The notes beneath the pieces are model-generated. The model worked only from the letters and a program-made list of their open reading frames with translations, did not search any database and was not told the DNA's origin. A DNA stretch of 64,000 nucleotides from positions 8,136 through 72,135 of IMG/VR virus record IMGVR_UViG_3300035544_000079; one strand, written 5' to 3'. Origin of the DNA: a virus. Taxonomy: Duplodnaviria; Caudoviricetes. This document shows, piece by piece, positions 30,251 to 40,237 of this stretch (position 1 is the first letter of the stretch; each line of letters starts with the position of its first letter). Made by a program: the position numbers and the translations under genes.

Positions 30251-33200
30251 ATGATGAAACAAAAAGGAGTTCAAGATTACTCTATCACAAAAGCTAATAT
30301 GGCATTTGTTGATATAAGAGATTCCTACAACGAAACAATAAAAAATATAAATATAAATACATTTTCTTTTGGTACAGTATTTATTACAGAAATTCCTAAC
30401 CCTTTTAAACTTAATATTCAAAATAAAAGAACAGAACTTCATGGAAAGTATTTAATAGATTATGCTAGAAAAAATGAATTAGATGAAACAAATTATTGTA
30501 TAATTTATAATGGGAAACTTATAAAAGAGAAAGAAGAACAAGAAAATATACTTGTAAAAGAAAATGATATTATAGTATACTTTCCTTATCAAGAATTTTC
30601 AGCTATAGCCGCAGTTGCAAGTATTATTATGTCCTATATTGGTACTTCTGTAATTGCTACAGCAATAGCCTATACCCTAGCAACAGGTCTTATTATTGGT
30701 GGTATGATGCTAATTAATAAAATGTTAGCACCTGATATACCTGAAACTAATATGGATAGTAATATAAGTGAATCAAAAACTTATACATGGGAGGGTATTA
30801 GTACTAATAGGGATATAAATTCAGTAATACCTATTGTTTATGGAACTCAAGTAGTAGGTGGAACAGAAATAAACAAGTTCAGTTACTATGAAAATGGAGA
30901 TGATTGGTTAGCAATACAATTAGCACTCGGTTATGGTGAAATTGAAGAAATATCTTCTGCTGATATTTACTTCAACGGACAACCTTACAATAACTATGTG
31001 AGTAGTGTAAATGATGGTGTATTCTATTACCGAGATGGTACTTTTAATCAATCAATAATGAAAGGGTTTGATGATACCTCTTATAATAATGGTAATGTTA
31101 CAGAAACGCTGACTTACAATGAGTCTTATATATTTGAGTCAGAAAGTGATAATATAGATAGATTTAAATTACACTTTGAATTTATGGAAGGACTTTATCA
31201 TTTATATGCTAAAAAAAATAGATACCTTCCAGTTACAGTTAGCTATTCCATAGGGTATAGGATTAAAGGGGAATCTACTTGGAATTACTTTAACCCCCCA
31301 ATATATCAAAAGCAATTCAGTATAAGTACTTTACAAACATTTAGGAAACGAAGAAGAGACTATTACAGAACAGTACAAAAATATGTATGGTCAGATTGGG
31401 AAATATATAATAATAGTAATATATCCCATGCTGAAGAATTAGAATTACAAAAACAAAATAGAATAAGATATAGAAATGTTAATATAGGAGGAAATAATAC
31501 TCTTAGTTATACTGCTAATAAAACTAGCAAAGTTAAATTTTTAGTTAGTAGTGATGATTTAGGTGTAAATCTTACAAAAGGTAAATATGAGTTTATAGTT
31601 ACTAGATTATCTCCTATACCTAGTAATACTAAATATCATTTATATAAAACAGATATGACATTTTCATACTTAGAAGAAATAAATACAACAGACCTAAATT
31701 ATGGAGGGGTTTCTCAGTTAGGTATTAAAATAAAGGCAACTGATAGTATACAAAATCAACAACCTAATGTAACTACAAAAGTAACTAGAAAAGATTTAGA
31801 TATTTATACTTCTGATGATTACTCTGAGAGCTTTAAAGCAAGAAGTAATAACCCAGCATGGGTATGCTACGATATATTAACTAACCCTTTCTATGGGGCT
31901 AAGATAAAACCTTCTCAAGTAGATTTTGAAAGGTTTTCAGAGTGGGCTAGTTTTTGTGATTTAGAGTTTTTAAGAGAAGAAACTATTATAAGTAATAATG
32001 AGGTCTATACTATAGATAGACTTATATATAATAGTTCAGAAAGAACTCTAAAAGTTTATAAGTCAGAAATACTTCAAGAAATAAGCTCTATTGAATTATC
32101 TACTTATAATAAAGGTTTATCAAGAATTATTATTACAGATAATTCCAAAAATACTTTTCAGTTTAATACTTTAATAAGTATAACAGAAGATGTAGATATA
32201 AATGGGGAATTTTATTTATTTAGTTTTAGTGAGTATAATTCTAATTTTGATTCTTCTAATATAGCTAATATAGATTTTTTATTAGATTTTGCTAGTACTG
32301 ATTTTATCACTTTAACCAATTTAGGACATCCTTTGCAATTAAATTTTAATGGGGTGTTTGATACTTTAACAAACCCTTGGGATGCTTGTCAAAAAGTAGG
32401 TAAAATAGGTCGAGGTCAAATTCTATTAAGAGGTAATAAATATTCTTGTACTTTTGATGGGATACAGCCTATATCTTATATGTTTAATGTAGGGGATATA
32501 AAGAAAGAATCATTTAATATTTCATATACTCCTCTTGCAGATTTAGCAACTGAATTAGAAATACAGTATGCAGATACTAGTATAAGAAACGAATTAAATA
32601 CAATAACAATACTAGACCAAAATTTAACGGATACTACCTTAAATCCCAAAACATCAACAGTAAACGCAATAGGGATAACGACTAAAGAGGAAGCTATTAT
32701 ATTTGGTAGATATATGTTGGCTACCACTAAATTTCAAAGAAGAACAGTTTCTTTTGAAACAAATATAAAAGGACTTCCTTGTGAAGTTGGAGATGTTGTA
32801 GCTGTTCAAAATGATATTCCTCTTTGGGGAAGTGGAGGAAGAATACAAGAAGTGACACCAACTTCAGTAATTTTAGAAGAACCTGTTACTTTAATCTCTG
32901 ATAAAGATTATACTTTAAAAATCCAAGTTGGAAATATCTTTCAAGACTATTATATAACTAACACAGACTTAACAGATACTCTTGAGATACCTCTATTAGA
33001 TACTTCAGGTATTAGTCAATATAATAGTTACATTTTTGGAGAAAATAATAATGATGCTTTATTAATTAGAGTTACTGGTATTACAAGAACTGATAGAGAA
33101 TTTAATTTTAAAATAGAAGGTTCTGATTATAATCCTAGTATCTTAGATTTTAATTATAGTAATGACCAAATTACTACTATTGAGCCATCTGTTTTAGAGG

Positions 33201-34882
33201 CGAATAGATTATTAACTTTTGAAGTATTAGATGAAGTTCAGAGTTCAGATGACGGTAGAGGAGTAATTAATTTAATTATGTCTTGGACTGCTATATCAAC
33301 AAGTACTTATGATATATATGCTATCCCTCATAATGATGACCCTGAATTAGAGATACCCTTTATAGAATTGGACAATATACAAGATAATAGAATATATATT
33401 GCTAAAGGAGTAAAAGGTAACTCCTATATTGCTAAAAATGTTGGGTTATTAGAAATACCTTATAGAGTCTATATACAAGAAGTAGATAATCCAAGCAATT
33501 TTTTACAAGTACTTTATACAGTTGATGGTAAGCAGATAAGTCCTTTAGATATTGATAATATAACTGTTACTGAAAGTGGTAATGAATTTACCTTTAATAT
33601 TACTTACTTAGGTAAAGCTTCAGATTTTAAACATTATAATCTTTATTTAGAGGATAAATTTTATGGTTCTTTTAATCAAGATGCTTTTAAAACAGATATT
33701 ATCTATGGATTAGATACAAAGAATTTTAAAATAGAGGCTGAGGATTCTAGTGGAAATAAAAGTGAGCCTTATTTAATAAGTAAAACAGCAGAAGCTCCCC
33801 CTAAAGCAGATTACTTTTTTTGTGAAATAACTGATACTAAGAATATTAGGTTTACTTTTGATTGTCTAAGTAAACCTTTAGATTTTAGTGGGTATGAAAT
33901 TAGGTATCAATATGGACTAAATTATGATTGGAATAGTGCTACTAAAATACAAAAAGGTGTTATTACATCTTCACCTTACCTAAGTCATTTGAAATTACAA
34001 AATGGGCTTTATACGGCTTTATTAAAAACAGTTGATTCAGCAGGAAATTTAAGTAAATATACCTCAAAAATAACTTTTAATATTGAAGAAAGTTTATTTA
34101 GTAACTTAGTATATACTAAAGATTTTCACCCAACATTTGTAGGAGATTATACTAATTGTTATTTAGAAGATAACAAATTAATAACAGAGATTAATGCAAG
34201 TGAATTTTGGAAAGGGGATTCTAATAATTATTGGGATTCTGATTTTGATATGTATTGGTACTCAAATAGTTCGCCTCATTGGGATGATACTCTGAATGAG
34301 TTTTGGGGAGTAGACCAACTACCTTTTTGGGACAATGAATATACTTATAGAAGTATCTATGAAACTTCATTTATAACAGATGCAAAAGGTATTTTAGACT
34401 TTAGGTTTATTGGAAAAGGAACACCAACTTATTATATAAGAAATAGGGATATATTACCTTTTTGGGAAGAAAATGGTACAGAATTTTGGGAAGAAGATAT
34501 TAAAAATTTTTGGACAATCCCTAACTACTCCTTATATAGTTCAGGTTACGAAGTTGTTCCTTTTGTAGAATATGACTTACAAGTTGTTTTTGAAAGTACT
34601 AATACTGTAATCTCTGAGATAGAAGAGTTTAGTTTATTCATTGACGCTCAAGATATTTTTGAAAGTTTCGAGGATGTAAATGTACCTATTAGTGGTTATA
34701 GTCTTAACCTTATAAAAACATTTAGTAAAATAAAATCAGTAAATGTTACGGTTCAAGATGATGGTGGAAACGCTAGGATTTCTAAAGTAGATAAATCAGG
34801 AACTCCTTATGAAGTTTATTGTTATGATGAAAACAATAACTTAACAAGTGGAACTGTAGATATAATTATCCAAGGGTATTAA
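30251..34882 (+). CDS. Central tail tip/hub protein (lambda I+J-like)
   Basis: VIPIVYG, SNNPAWVCYDILTNPFYGA, CEVGDVVAVQ, FN3-like C-terminal repeats; 1543 aa. Confidence 0.85.
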   Translation: MMKQKGVQDYSITKANMAFVDIRDSYNETIKNININTFSFGTVFITEIPNPFKLNIQNKRTELHGKYLIDYARKNELDETNYCIIYNGKLIKEKEEQENILVKENDIIVYFPYQEFSAIAAVASIIMSYIGTSVIATAIAYTLATGLIIGGMMLINKMLAPDIPETNMDSNISESKTYTWEGISTNRDINSVIPIVYGTQVVGGTEINKFSYYENGDDWLAIQLALGYGEIEEISSADIYFNGQPYNNYVSSVNDGVFYYRDGTFNQSIMKGFDDTSYNNGNVTETLTYNESYIFESESDNIDRFKLHFEFMEGLYHLYAKKNRYLPVTVSYSIGYRIKGESTWNYFNPPIYQKQFSISTLQTFRKRRRDYYRTVQKYVWSDWEIYNNSNISHAEELELQKQNRIRYRNVNIGGNNTLSYTANKTSKVKFLVSSDDLGVNLTKGKYEFIVTRLSPIPSNTKYHLYKTDMTFSYLEEINTTDLNYGGVSQLGIKIKATDSIQNQQPNVTTKVTRKDLDIYTSDDYSESFKARSNNPAWVCYDILTNPFYGAKIKPSQVDFERFSEWASFCDLEFLREETIISNNEVYTIDRLIYNSSERTLKVYKSEILQEISSIELSTYNKGLSRIIITDNSKNTFQFNTLISITEDVDINGEFYLFSFSEYNSNFDSSNIANIDFLLDFASTDFITLTNLGHPLQLNFNGVFDTLTNPWDACQKVGKIGRGQILLRGNKYSCTFDGIQPISYMFNVGDIKKESFNISYTPLADLATELEIQYADTSIRNELNTITILDQNLTDTTLNPKTSTVNAIGITTKEEAIIFGRYMLATTKFQRRTVSFETNIKGLPCEVGDVVAVQNDIPLWGSGGRIQEVTPTSVILEEPVTLISDKDYTLKIQVGNIFQDYYITNTDLTDTLEIPLLDTSGISQYNSYIFGENNNDALLIRVTGITRTDREFNFKIEGSDYNPSILDFNYSNDQITTIEPSVLEANRLLTFEVLDEVQSSDDGRGVINLIMSWTAISTSTYDIYAIPHNDDPELEIPFIELDNIQDNRIYIAKGVKGNSYIAKNVGLLEIPYRVYIQEVDNPSNFLQVLYTVDGKQISPLDIDNITVTESGNEFTFNITYLGKASDFKHYNLYLEDKFYGSFNQDAFKTDIIYGLDTKNFKIEAEDSSGNKSEPYLISKTAEAPPKADYFFCEITDTKNIRFTFDCLSKPLDFSGYEIRYQYGLNYDWNSATKIQKGVITSSPYLSHLKLQNGLYTALLKTVDSAGNLSKYTSKITFNIEESLFSNLVYTKDFHPTFVGDYTNCYLEDNKLITEINASEFWKGDSNNYWDSDFDMYWYSNSSPHWDDTLNEFWGVDQLPFWDNEYTYRSIYETSFITDAKGILDFRFIGKGTPTYYIRNRDILPFWEENGTEFWEEDIKNFWTIPNYSLYSSGYEVVPFVEYDLQVVFESTNTVISEIEEFSLFIDAQDIFESFEDVNVPISGYSLNLIKTFSKIKSVNVTVQDDGGNARISKVDKSGTPYEVYCYDENNNLTSGTVDIIIQGY

Positions 34883-34914
34883 CTCTTGGTATATGATAAA
34901 AATAAAGGAAAATA

Positions 34915-36342
34915 ATGCCATTACCAAGTAAAAATGAATTAAGTTTAGCTCCAAATAACTTAACAATGAAACAGTTAATGGAGCAACAAAGAGATAGCAT
35001 ACAAGGTTCAGGAAAACAGTATAGTACAGATGTCGAATATGAGCTATATGATACTTGTATTTATGGAGGAATTGAATATATTAGTATTTATAATGTAGGT
35101 GATACAAAACATACTAATCAACAACCTAATATTAGTCCTACTTATTGGCAAGATAAAAGAGTATTTGATGGTGTTGTTAGTTTAGATGTATTAGATGATT
35201 ATGTAACAGATACTGAATTAAATACTGCTTTAGATGATTATTATACTAAACAAGAAACTTTAGATTTACTCTCTGGGTTAGATATAGTATACACAGGTGC
35301 TTATGGAATAACTTGGAATAATACTAATGATATATACATTAGAACAGGTTCTTCAAATTATAAAGCCATTCAAGCTTTAATGAGAAGATGTGTTTTAAAC
35401 ATAGATGGAACAGTAAATTATTATTTACATCCTACTAACTCAAATTATAAAGCAGATGGAACATTAGCTAACTTAGATGGTACTGACGGGAATGTTATGG
35501 TAGAGATACCTAAATTTTATGTTAAGTTTGATAATACTGAAGGTGCTAAAAATGTCAGTATTTCATTAACACAAGACACTGGCTATACTTTACATCCAGC
35601 ATTTATTAAAGGTGGTGTTGAAGTAGCACACCGATACTATCCTGCTTATGAAGGATATAATGATAGTGGTACATTAAAATCTATTAGTGGAGTAACTCCT
35701 ACAAGAAGCCAAACAAGAGCTACTTTTAGAACACAAGCTGAAAACAATGGTACAGGATGGCATCTTATTGATTGGAATTTACTAAATGCTATTCAAGTAC
35801 TATGTTTAATAGAAATTGGTACTTGGGATGCTCAAGCAATATTAGGTAATGGTAACTCTACGGGAAATGATTTTGGAGTAATTACGGGTATATCTAATTC
35901 AATAGGAAATGCTAGTACTTCGAATCCTTCGGATACTTGGATGAGTTATCGAGGTATAGAAAATCTTTATGCAGATATATGGAAATTTATTGATGGTATA
36001 AATGTAAGAGATAGAGTACCTTACATTAACTCTGATTATAGAACTTTTGCTGATGATACTTTTACTGGAGATTATATTTCTAGTAATATTACTATGCCTA
36101 GTGCTTCAGCGAGTTATATCAAGAATATTACATTTAGCTTAAATGGGTTCATATCAACTGAAGTAGGAGGCAGTTCTAATACATATGTACCTGATGGATT
36201 ATGGACAAACACAGGAGATAGGGTTGTTTTCTTTGGGGGTACTGCGGCTACTTCTTCTTCTCTGGCTGGTCTGGGGGCGCTTGCTGCGTATGCTTCCTCT
36301 ACATATGTTTCCGCGAATGTTGGTTCGGGCGTCTGCTTTTAG
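34915..36342 (+). CDS. DGR target: tail fibre/receptor-binding protein with C-type-lectin-like C-terminus
   Basis: N-terminal CBM-like module (IYGGIEYISI..NQQPNISPTYW), YYTKQE spacer, VMVEIPKFY, GIENLYADIWKFIDG, terminal VR GG...ANVGSGVCF. Confidence 0.85.
   Translation: MPLPSKNELSLAPNNLTMKQLMEQQRDSIQGSGKQYSTDVEYELYDTCIYGGIEYISIYNVGDTKHTNQQPNISPTYWQDKRVFDGVVSLDVLDDYVTDTELNTALDDYYTKQETLDLLSGLDIVYTGAYGITWNNTNDIYIRTGSSNYKAIQALMRRCVLNIDGTVNYYLHPTNSNYKADGTLANLDGTDGNVMVEIPKFYVKFDNTEGAKNVSISLTQDTGYTLHPAFIKGGVEVAHRYYPAYEGYNDSGTLKSISGVTPTRSQTRATFRTQAENNGTGWHLIDWNLLNAIQVLCLIEIGTWDAQAILGNGNSTGNDFGVITGISNSIGNASTSNPSDTWMSYRGIENLYADIWKFIDGINVRDRVPYINSDYRTFADDTFTGDYISSNITMPSASASYIKNITFSLNGFISTEVGGSSNTYVPDGLWTNTGDRVVFFGGTAATSSSLAGLGALAAYASSTYVSANVGSGVCF
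36223..36334 (+). repeat. DGR variable repeat (VR)
   Basis: Aligns to the TR with 23 substitutions at TR adenines, one G/A mismatch and one extra codon. Confidence 0.93.
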
Positions 36343-36380
36343 GTTAAATAGTATTAAAAAGTACAAATAAAAATAAACAT

Positions 36381-36544
36381 AGGGCTAAAATTCACCAGAT
36401 TGTTAAATTTGGAGGTAATGCGAATAATTCTTCTCTAGATGGTCTAGGGACGCTTAATGCGAATAATTCCTCTACGAATGTTTCCACGAATATTGGTTCA
36501 GGCATCTTGTAAACTAAGAACCTTTAGCCCTTGCCACTTGGCAA
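36381..36544 (+). ncRNA. DGR template RNA with flanking structure
   Basis: AGGGCTAAA (36381-36389) pairs with TTTAGCCCT (36523-36531) around the TR; hairpin TTGCCA-CT-TGGCAA at 36531-36544. Confidence 0.6.
36399..36507 (+). repeat. DGR template repeat (TR)
   Basis: 109 nt, 30 adenines, 8 AAT codons in the VR frame; lies between target and RT. Confidence 0.93.
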
Positions 36545-36621
36545 AACAAATAACTAAACTTCATTACATATTAGTAAGATTAAATTCTGAAAGTTTGGAA
36601 GTAACAAGACGAAAGAAAAAT

Positions 36622-37677
36622 ATGAAAAGATACAACAATTTAATTGAAAGTATTATAGACCAAAATAACTTAATTGAAGCACATAATAATGCAAAGATAG
36701 GAAAAGATTTTTATAAAGAAGTAAAAGAATTAGATAGTTACTTAGACTACTATATAGAAGATTTATATAATAAGTTAACTACAAGAACTTTTACTACAAG
36801 TCCATATACAGCATTTATTAAACAAGATTCAGGCAAAGAAAGAATAATATATAAATTACCTTACTACCCAGATAGGATAGTACATCACGCTATAATGCAA
36901 GTATTAGAGCCTATATGGAAGAAAACATTAATAGCAGATACTTATCAAAGTATTAGAGGTAGAGGTGTTCATAAGTGTTTTAAAAAAGTTAAAAAGGCTG
37001 TACAACAAGAAAGATTAAGTTATTACCTACAGATAGATGTAAATAAATTCTACCCTTCAGTTAAGAATGATGTTGTAAAGAAAGTAATAAGACAAAAGAT
37101 TAAGTGTAAAGGCACATTAGCTTTATTAGATGATATAATAAATAGTCATCCAGAGTTACCTATAGGAAACTATATAAGTCAGTACTTAGGAAATCTAACA
37201 TTGTCTAAAATAGACCACTTAATGAAAGAGAAACTTAAATGTAAAAATTACTATAGATACTGTGATGATATAGTAATCATATCAGATAATAAGAAATTTC
37301 TACATAAATGTTTAGATATTTTAAGTAAAGAATTATATAAAATACAATTAACGATTAAGAAGAACTATAGTATAAATAAAATCAATCATAGACAAGGTAT
37401 TGACTTTTTAGGATATGTTGTGTATAAAGATAAAGTATTAATAAGAAAAAGAATAGCTAAAGAATTTAAAAGAAAGATTATGAAAGCTATAAAGAATAAA
37501 GATACAAAGGCAGTAGATTTTTTAAGTGCTTATTATGGTTGGTTTAGGTATGCAGATTGCTATAATTTATGGAATAAGTATATAACAATGTATTATAATA
37601 TGTTTATAGCTAATTATCCTAAACATAAGTATATGAATAGAGTATATAAGCTATACACTAAATTTAATAAACGATAA
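36622..37677 (+). CDS. DGR reverse transcriptase (351 aa)
   Basis: KERIIYKLPYYPDRIVHHA, QIDVNKFYPS, LPIGNYISQYLGNL, YYRYCDD, IDFLGY. The track start at 36457 runs through the TR; real start likely MKRYNNL at 36622. Confidence 0.95.
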   Translation: MKRYNNLIESIIDQNNLIEAHNNAKIGKDFYKEVKELDSYLDYYIEDLYNKLTTRTFTTSPYTAFIKQDSGKERIIYKLPYYPDRIVHHAIMQVLEPIWKKTLIADTYQSIRGRGVHKCFKKVKKAVQQERLSYYLQIDVNKFYPSVKNDVVKKVIRQKIKCKGTLALLDDIINSHPELPIGNYISQYLGNLTLSKIDHLMKEKLKCKNYYRYCDDIVIISDNKKFLHKCLDILSKELYKIQLTIKKNYSINKINHRQGIDFLGYVVYKDKVLIRKRIAKEFKRKIMKAIKNKDTKAVDFLSAYYGWFRYADCYNLWNKYITMYYNMFIANYPKHKYMNRVYKLYTKFNKR

Positions 37678-37698
37678 AGCAAAAATAAAGGAAGAAGT

Positions 37699-38088
37699 AT
37701 GGAGATACAAGAAATAAAAATAGTACAAAGTTCAGTAGAGCCTAGTGTTACTGAAGAGTTACAAGGTAAAATACTTGTTAACTTCAATATAGAAGAAAAA
37801 ACTAGAATAGATAATAATGAAGAAGAAATTACTTATTATGAATATTATCAAATATCTAGACCTTTAGGGGATACAGAAGATAGGATAGAAAAGTATACTA
37901 ACTATGCTAAGATACAAATTATGCAAGAGTATTTAGAGAAAACAGATTATATCTCAAATAAATATCAAGACGAAGTTATACTTTTAGGAAATTTAACACA
38001 AGAAGAGTTTATAGAAAAGTATCAAGAAGTATTAAATACAAGAAGTACTTACAGAGGTAATATAAATAAAATATATAAAAATATGTGA
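37699..38088 (+). CDS. Tail fibre assembly/chaperone-like protein
   Basis: C-terminal YLEKTDYISNK..E...LNTRSTYR..IN pattern seen in genes next to phage fibres; not Avd-like. Confidence 0.45.
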   Translation: MEIQEIKIVQSSVEPSVTEELQGKILVNFNIEEKTRIDNNEEEITYYEYYQISRPLGDTEDRIEKYTNYAKIQIMQEYLEKTDYISNKYQDEVILLGNLTQEEFIEKYQEVLNTRSTYRGNINKIYKNM

Positions 38089-38186
38089 ATGTGGGCAGAA
38101 ATGTTCTTATGTATTCTGTTATAATAGTATTTGGAAGAAAATATAAAGATGTTTAAGGTATTATAAAGAAATATAAAAGGAAAAAT

Positions 38187-39092
38187 ATGATAGTAACAAA
38201 AGAAAATGGAACGATTTATACAAAATATATTAAAAATATATGTATGTGGTTAGGTAAAGGGTTTGTAAAAGTTTATCCTTACTTAGCTGTAATGTTGGTG
38301 TTAGCTGGATTATACTTTCACACACAAGCTATGGTTATCCTAGGTTTAATATTTATCACTCATTTAATTATAGCATTTAGTACTAGAGATAAAACTAGGC
38401 CTATTTGTTATAATTATTTCTTAACTAATAATTGGCATATACCAAGATTAACTAGAGATGATAAGTTAATTATTAAAGAAGATGATGATAAATACACATT
38501 TGTTTCATCTAAATATAATTCTACAAATATATTAACTAAAAGAGAGATTCCAAGTTGGTTATTTTGGATTTCCTTCTTAGGTGGTTGGATTTGGTTTGGA
38601 GATAATTCTGATGCAGATTTAACTGTTGAAAATTATGCTGATGACATTATAAGAGAAAAAAAGCACTTTGATTGGATACCTAGTTGGCTAGGTTTTCATA
38701 AAGAAATACAAAGAGAGTGGGATTATATTAAAACTCAACCTAAAGGAACTTCTTTCCATTTAGCTGAAGGGAGAACTAAAGTAAGTATACTTAAAACACC
38801 TCTTATGACTTTACTATGGCAAATAAGAAATACGAGTTATAACTATGGCTACTACTTTGAAGAAAAAGCCAAAGATGATAAAGACTTCTATTATTATCAT
38901 ACTAAGAGAAAATATCCTATACCTACATTAAATAGTTGGAATGGAATACCTTATATTTGGTATGAGATGTCTTATCTTCACTTTGGGTTTATCCCTTATG
39001 ATAATAGTGAGAGACAAGGTAGAGCTGTTATATTTACTGAAGATATAAATAAGGTTGATGATGAAATCAGGAACATATACATCAATGGATAA
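38187..39092 (+). CDS. Hypothetical membrane protein
   Basis: Two to three hydrophobic segments; aromatic-rich; WQIRN motif. Confidence 0.55.
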   Translation: MIVTKENGTIYTKYIKNICMWLGKGFVKVYPYLAVMLVLAGLYFHTQAMVILGLIFITHLIIAFSTRDKTRPICYNYFLTNNWHIPRLTRDDKLIIKEDDDKYTFVSSKYNSTNILTKREIPSWLFWISFLGGWIWFGDNSDADLTVENYADDIIREKKHFDWIPSWLGFHKEIQREWDYIKTQPKGTSFHLAEGRTKVSILKTPLMTLLWQIRNTSYNYGYYFEEKAKDDKDFYYYHTKRKYPIPTLNSWNGIPYIWYEMSYLHFGFIPYDNSERQGRAVIFTEDINKVDDEIRNIYING

Positions 39093-39267
39093 AATTATTA
39101 GAGAGTTTAGTGAAGTACCTAAGCTTTATAATTCTACAAGAGTTGATTTAAGAACAAATAATATAGGACATAAGGTAATATTCGACCCCGAAGCATTTAA
39201 TAATGTTAATACTTTAGAAAGAAACAAACAAATAATATTTAGTTATGAATGGAGGATAGAATTTTGA
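39085..39267 (+). CDS. Small hypothetical protein
   Basis: MDKIIREF start overlaps the upstream stop. Confidence 0.4.
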   Translation: MDKIIREFSEVPKLYNSTRVDLRTNNIGHKVIFDPEAFNNVNTLERNKQIIFSYEWRIEF

Positions 39268-39599
39268 TTAATATAAGCACACTCTTAACTAATATTAAAG
39301 TTTACATTTATATAGGACTATTTTTAGGAGTAATTTCTTTTTTAGTTTATGCTTACTATAAATATAATAATATGATTTCTACAATAGAAAATCAAGAGAT
39401 TATTATTAAAAATAAAGACATAGAGTTAAGTATAGAAAAAGCTAATTATAAAGAATTAGAAAGAAAACACTCTAACGAAATACTTAAGTTAAAAGCTGAA
39501 ACTAAAATAAAAGCTAAACAAAAAGAAATAGAAAAAGGAGTAAGTTATGATAAAAGCAATTCAAGGGAAATTACCTCTACATATATTGATTTGCCTTAG
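39249..39599 (+). CDS. Inner-membrane spanin (Rz-like)
   Basis: N-terminal TM plus coiled coil; overlaps the lipoprotein gene. Confidence 0.6.
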   Translation: MEDRILINISTLLTNIKVYIYIGLFLGVISFLVYAYYKYNNMISTIENQEIIIKNKDIELSIEKANYKELERKHSNEILKLKAETKIKAKQKEIEKGVSYDKSNSREITSTYIDLP

Positions 39600-39903
39600 T
39601 GCTTTTAGCCTCTTCTTTTCAGGCTGTTCTCAAAAGGAACCTCAAGTAATTATTCAAAAAGAGTACATTTATGAAAAACCTTTTGAGTTCGTTATTTATG
39701 ATACAAAAGGTTTAAGAGTAAATGCTAAAACAAAAGAACTTCAAAGAATATGTACTCCTTTAGTTCTTGAAGTAGGAGGTATTTATAGAAAATTTATTAA
39801 TGGTTATGAAGAACAAATTAAAGAGTATAATACTTATAATAAAAATAAGAGTATAAATAATACTAAGGATACTTATATATCAAATAAAAAAGAGCTTAAA
39901 TGA
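39547..39903 (+). CDS. Outer-membrane lipoprotein spanin (Rz1-like)
   Basis: Lipobox LFFSGC followed by SQKEPQV. Confidence 0.65.
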   Translation: MIKAIQGKLPLHILICLSAFSLFFSGCSQKEPQVIIQKEYIYEKPFEFVIYDTKGLRVNAKTKELQRICTPLVLEVGGIYRKFINGYEEQIKEYNTYNKNKSINNTKDTYISNKKELK

Positions 39904-40175
39904 CTTTAGAAGAAAAAGATAAATATAGGTTAAGATTTAAGGTAGCTTCTATTTTAATGGTTTTTGGTGTTCTTGTTGGAGGAATTATTTTAGCTTACTT
40001 TGGAAGTATAAGTGGTTTCGGAGGAATTGCTGGTTCAGTGTGTGCTTTTGCAAGTGCTGTTTTTGGGATAGATTATTATACTTCCCCTAAAGATACTAAT
40101 AAATCAAGCACTTCTAAAGATAATTCCTTTAAAAGAAATAATCTAGACATAGATACAGAGTTAGGTAGGTATTAA
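39900..40175 (+). CDS. Putative holin
   Basis: Two TM helices, charged C-tail, 91 aa. Confidence 0.6.
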   Translation: MTLEEKDKYRLRFKVASILMVFGVLVGGIILAYFGSISGFGGIAGSVCAFASAVFGIDYYTSPKDTNKSSTSKDNSFKRNNLDIDTELGRY

Positions 40176-40237
40176 TAATACTAAAGTATTAAAATATTAA
40201 AATACTAATAAATAAAAATATTTGAGGAATAATTTAG

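Noticed and set aside
36457-36621. Track N-terminal extension of the RT and ORF 36185..36370
   Set aside because: Alternative-frame readings of TR and VR; they resemble each other only because of the repeat. The RT-like sequence begins at ATG 36622.
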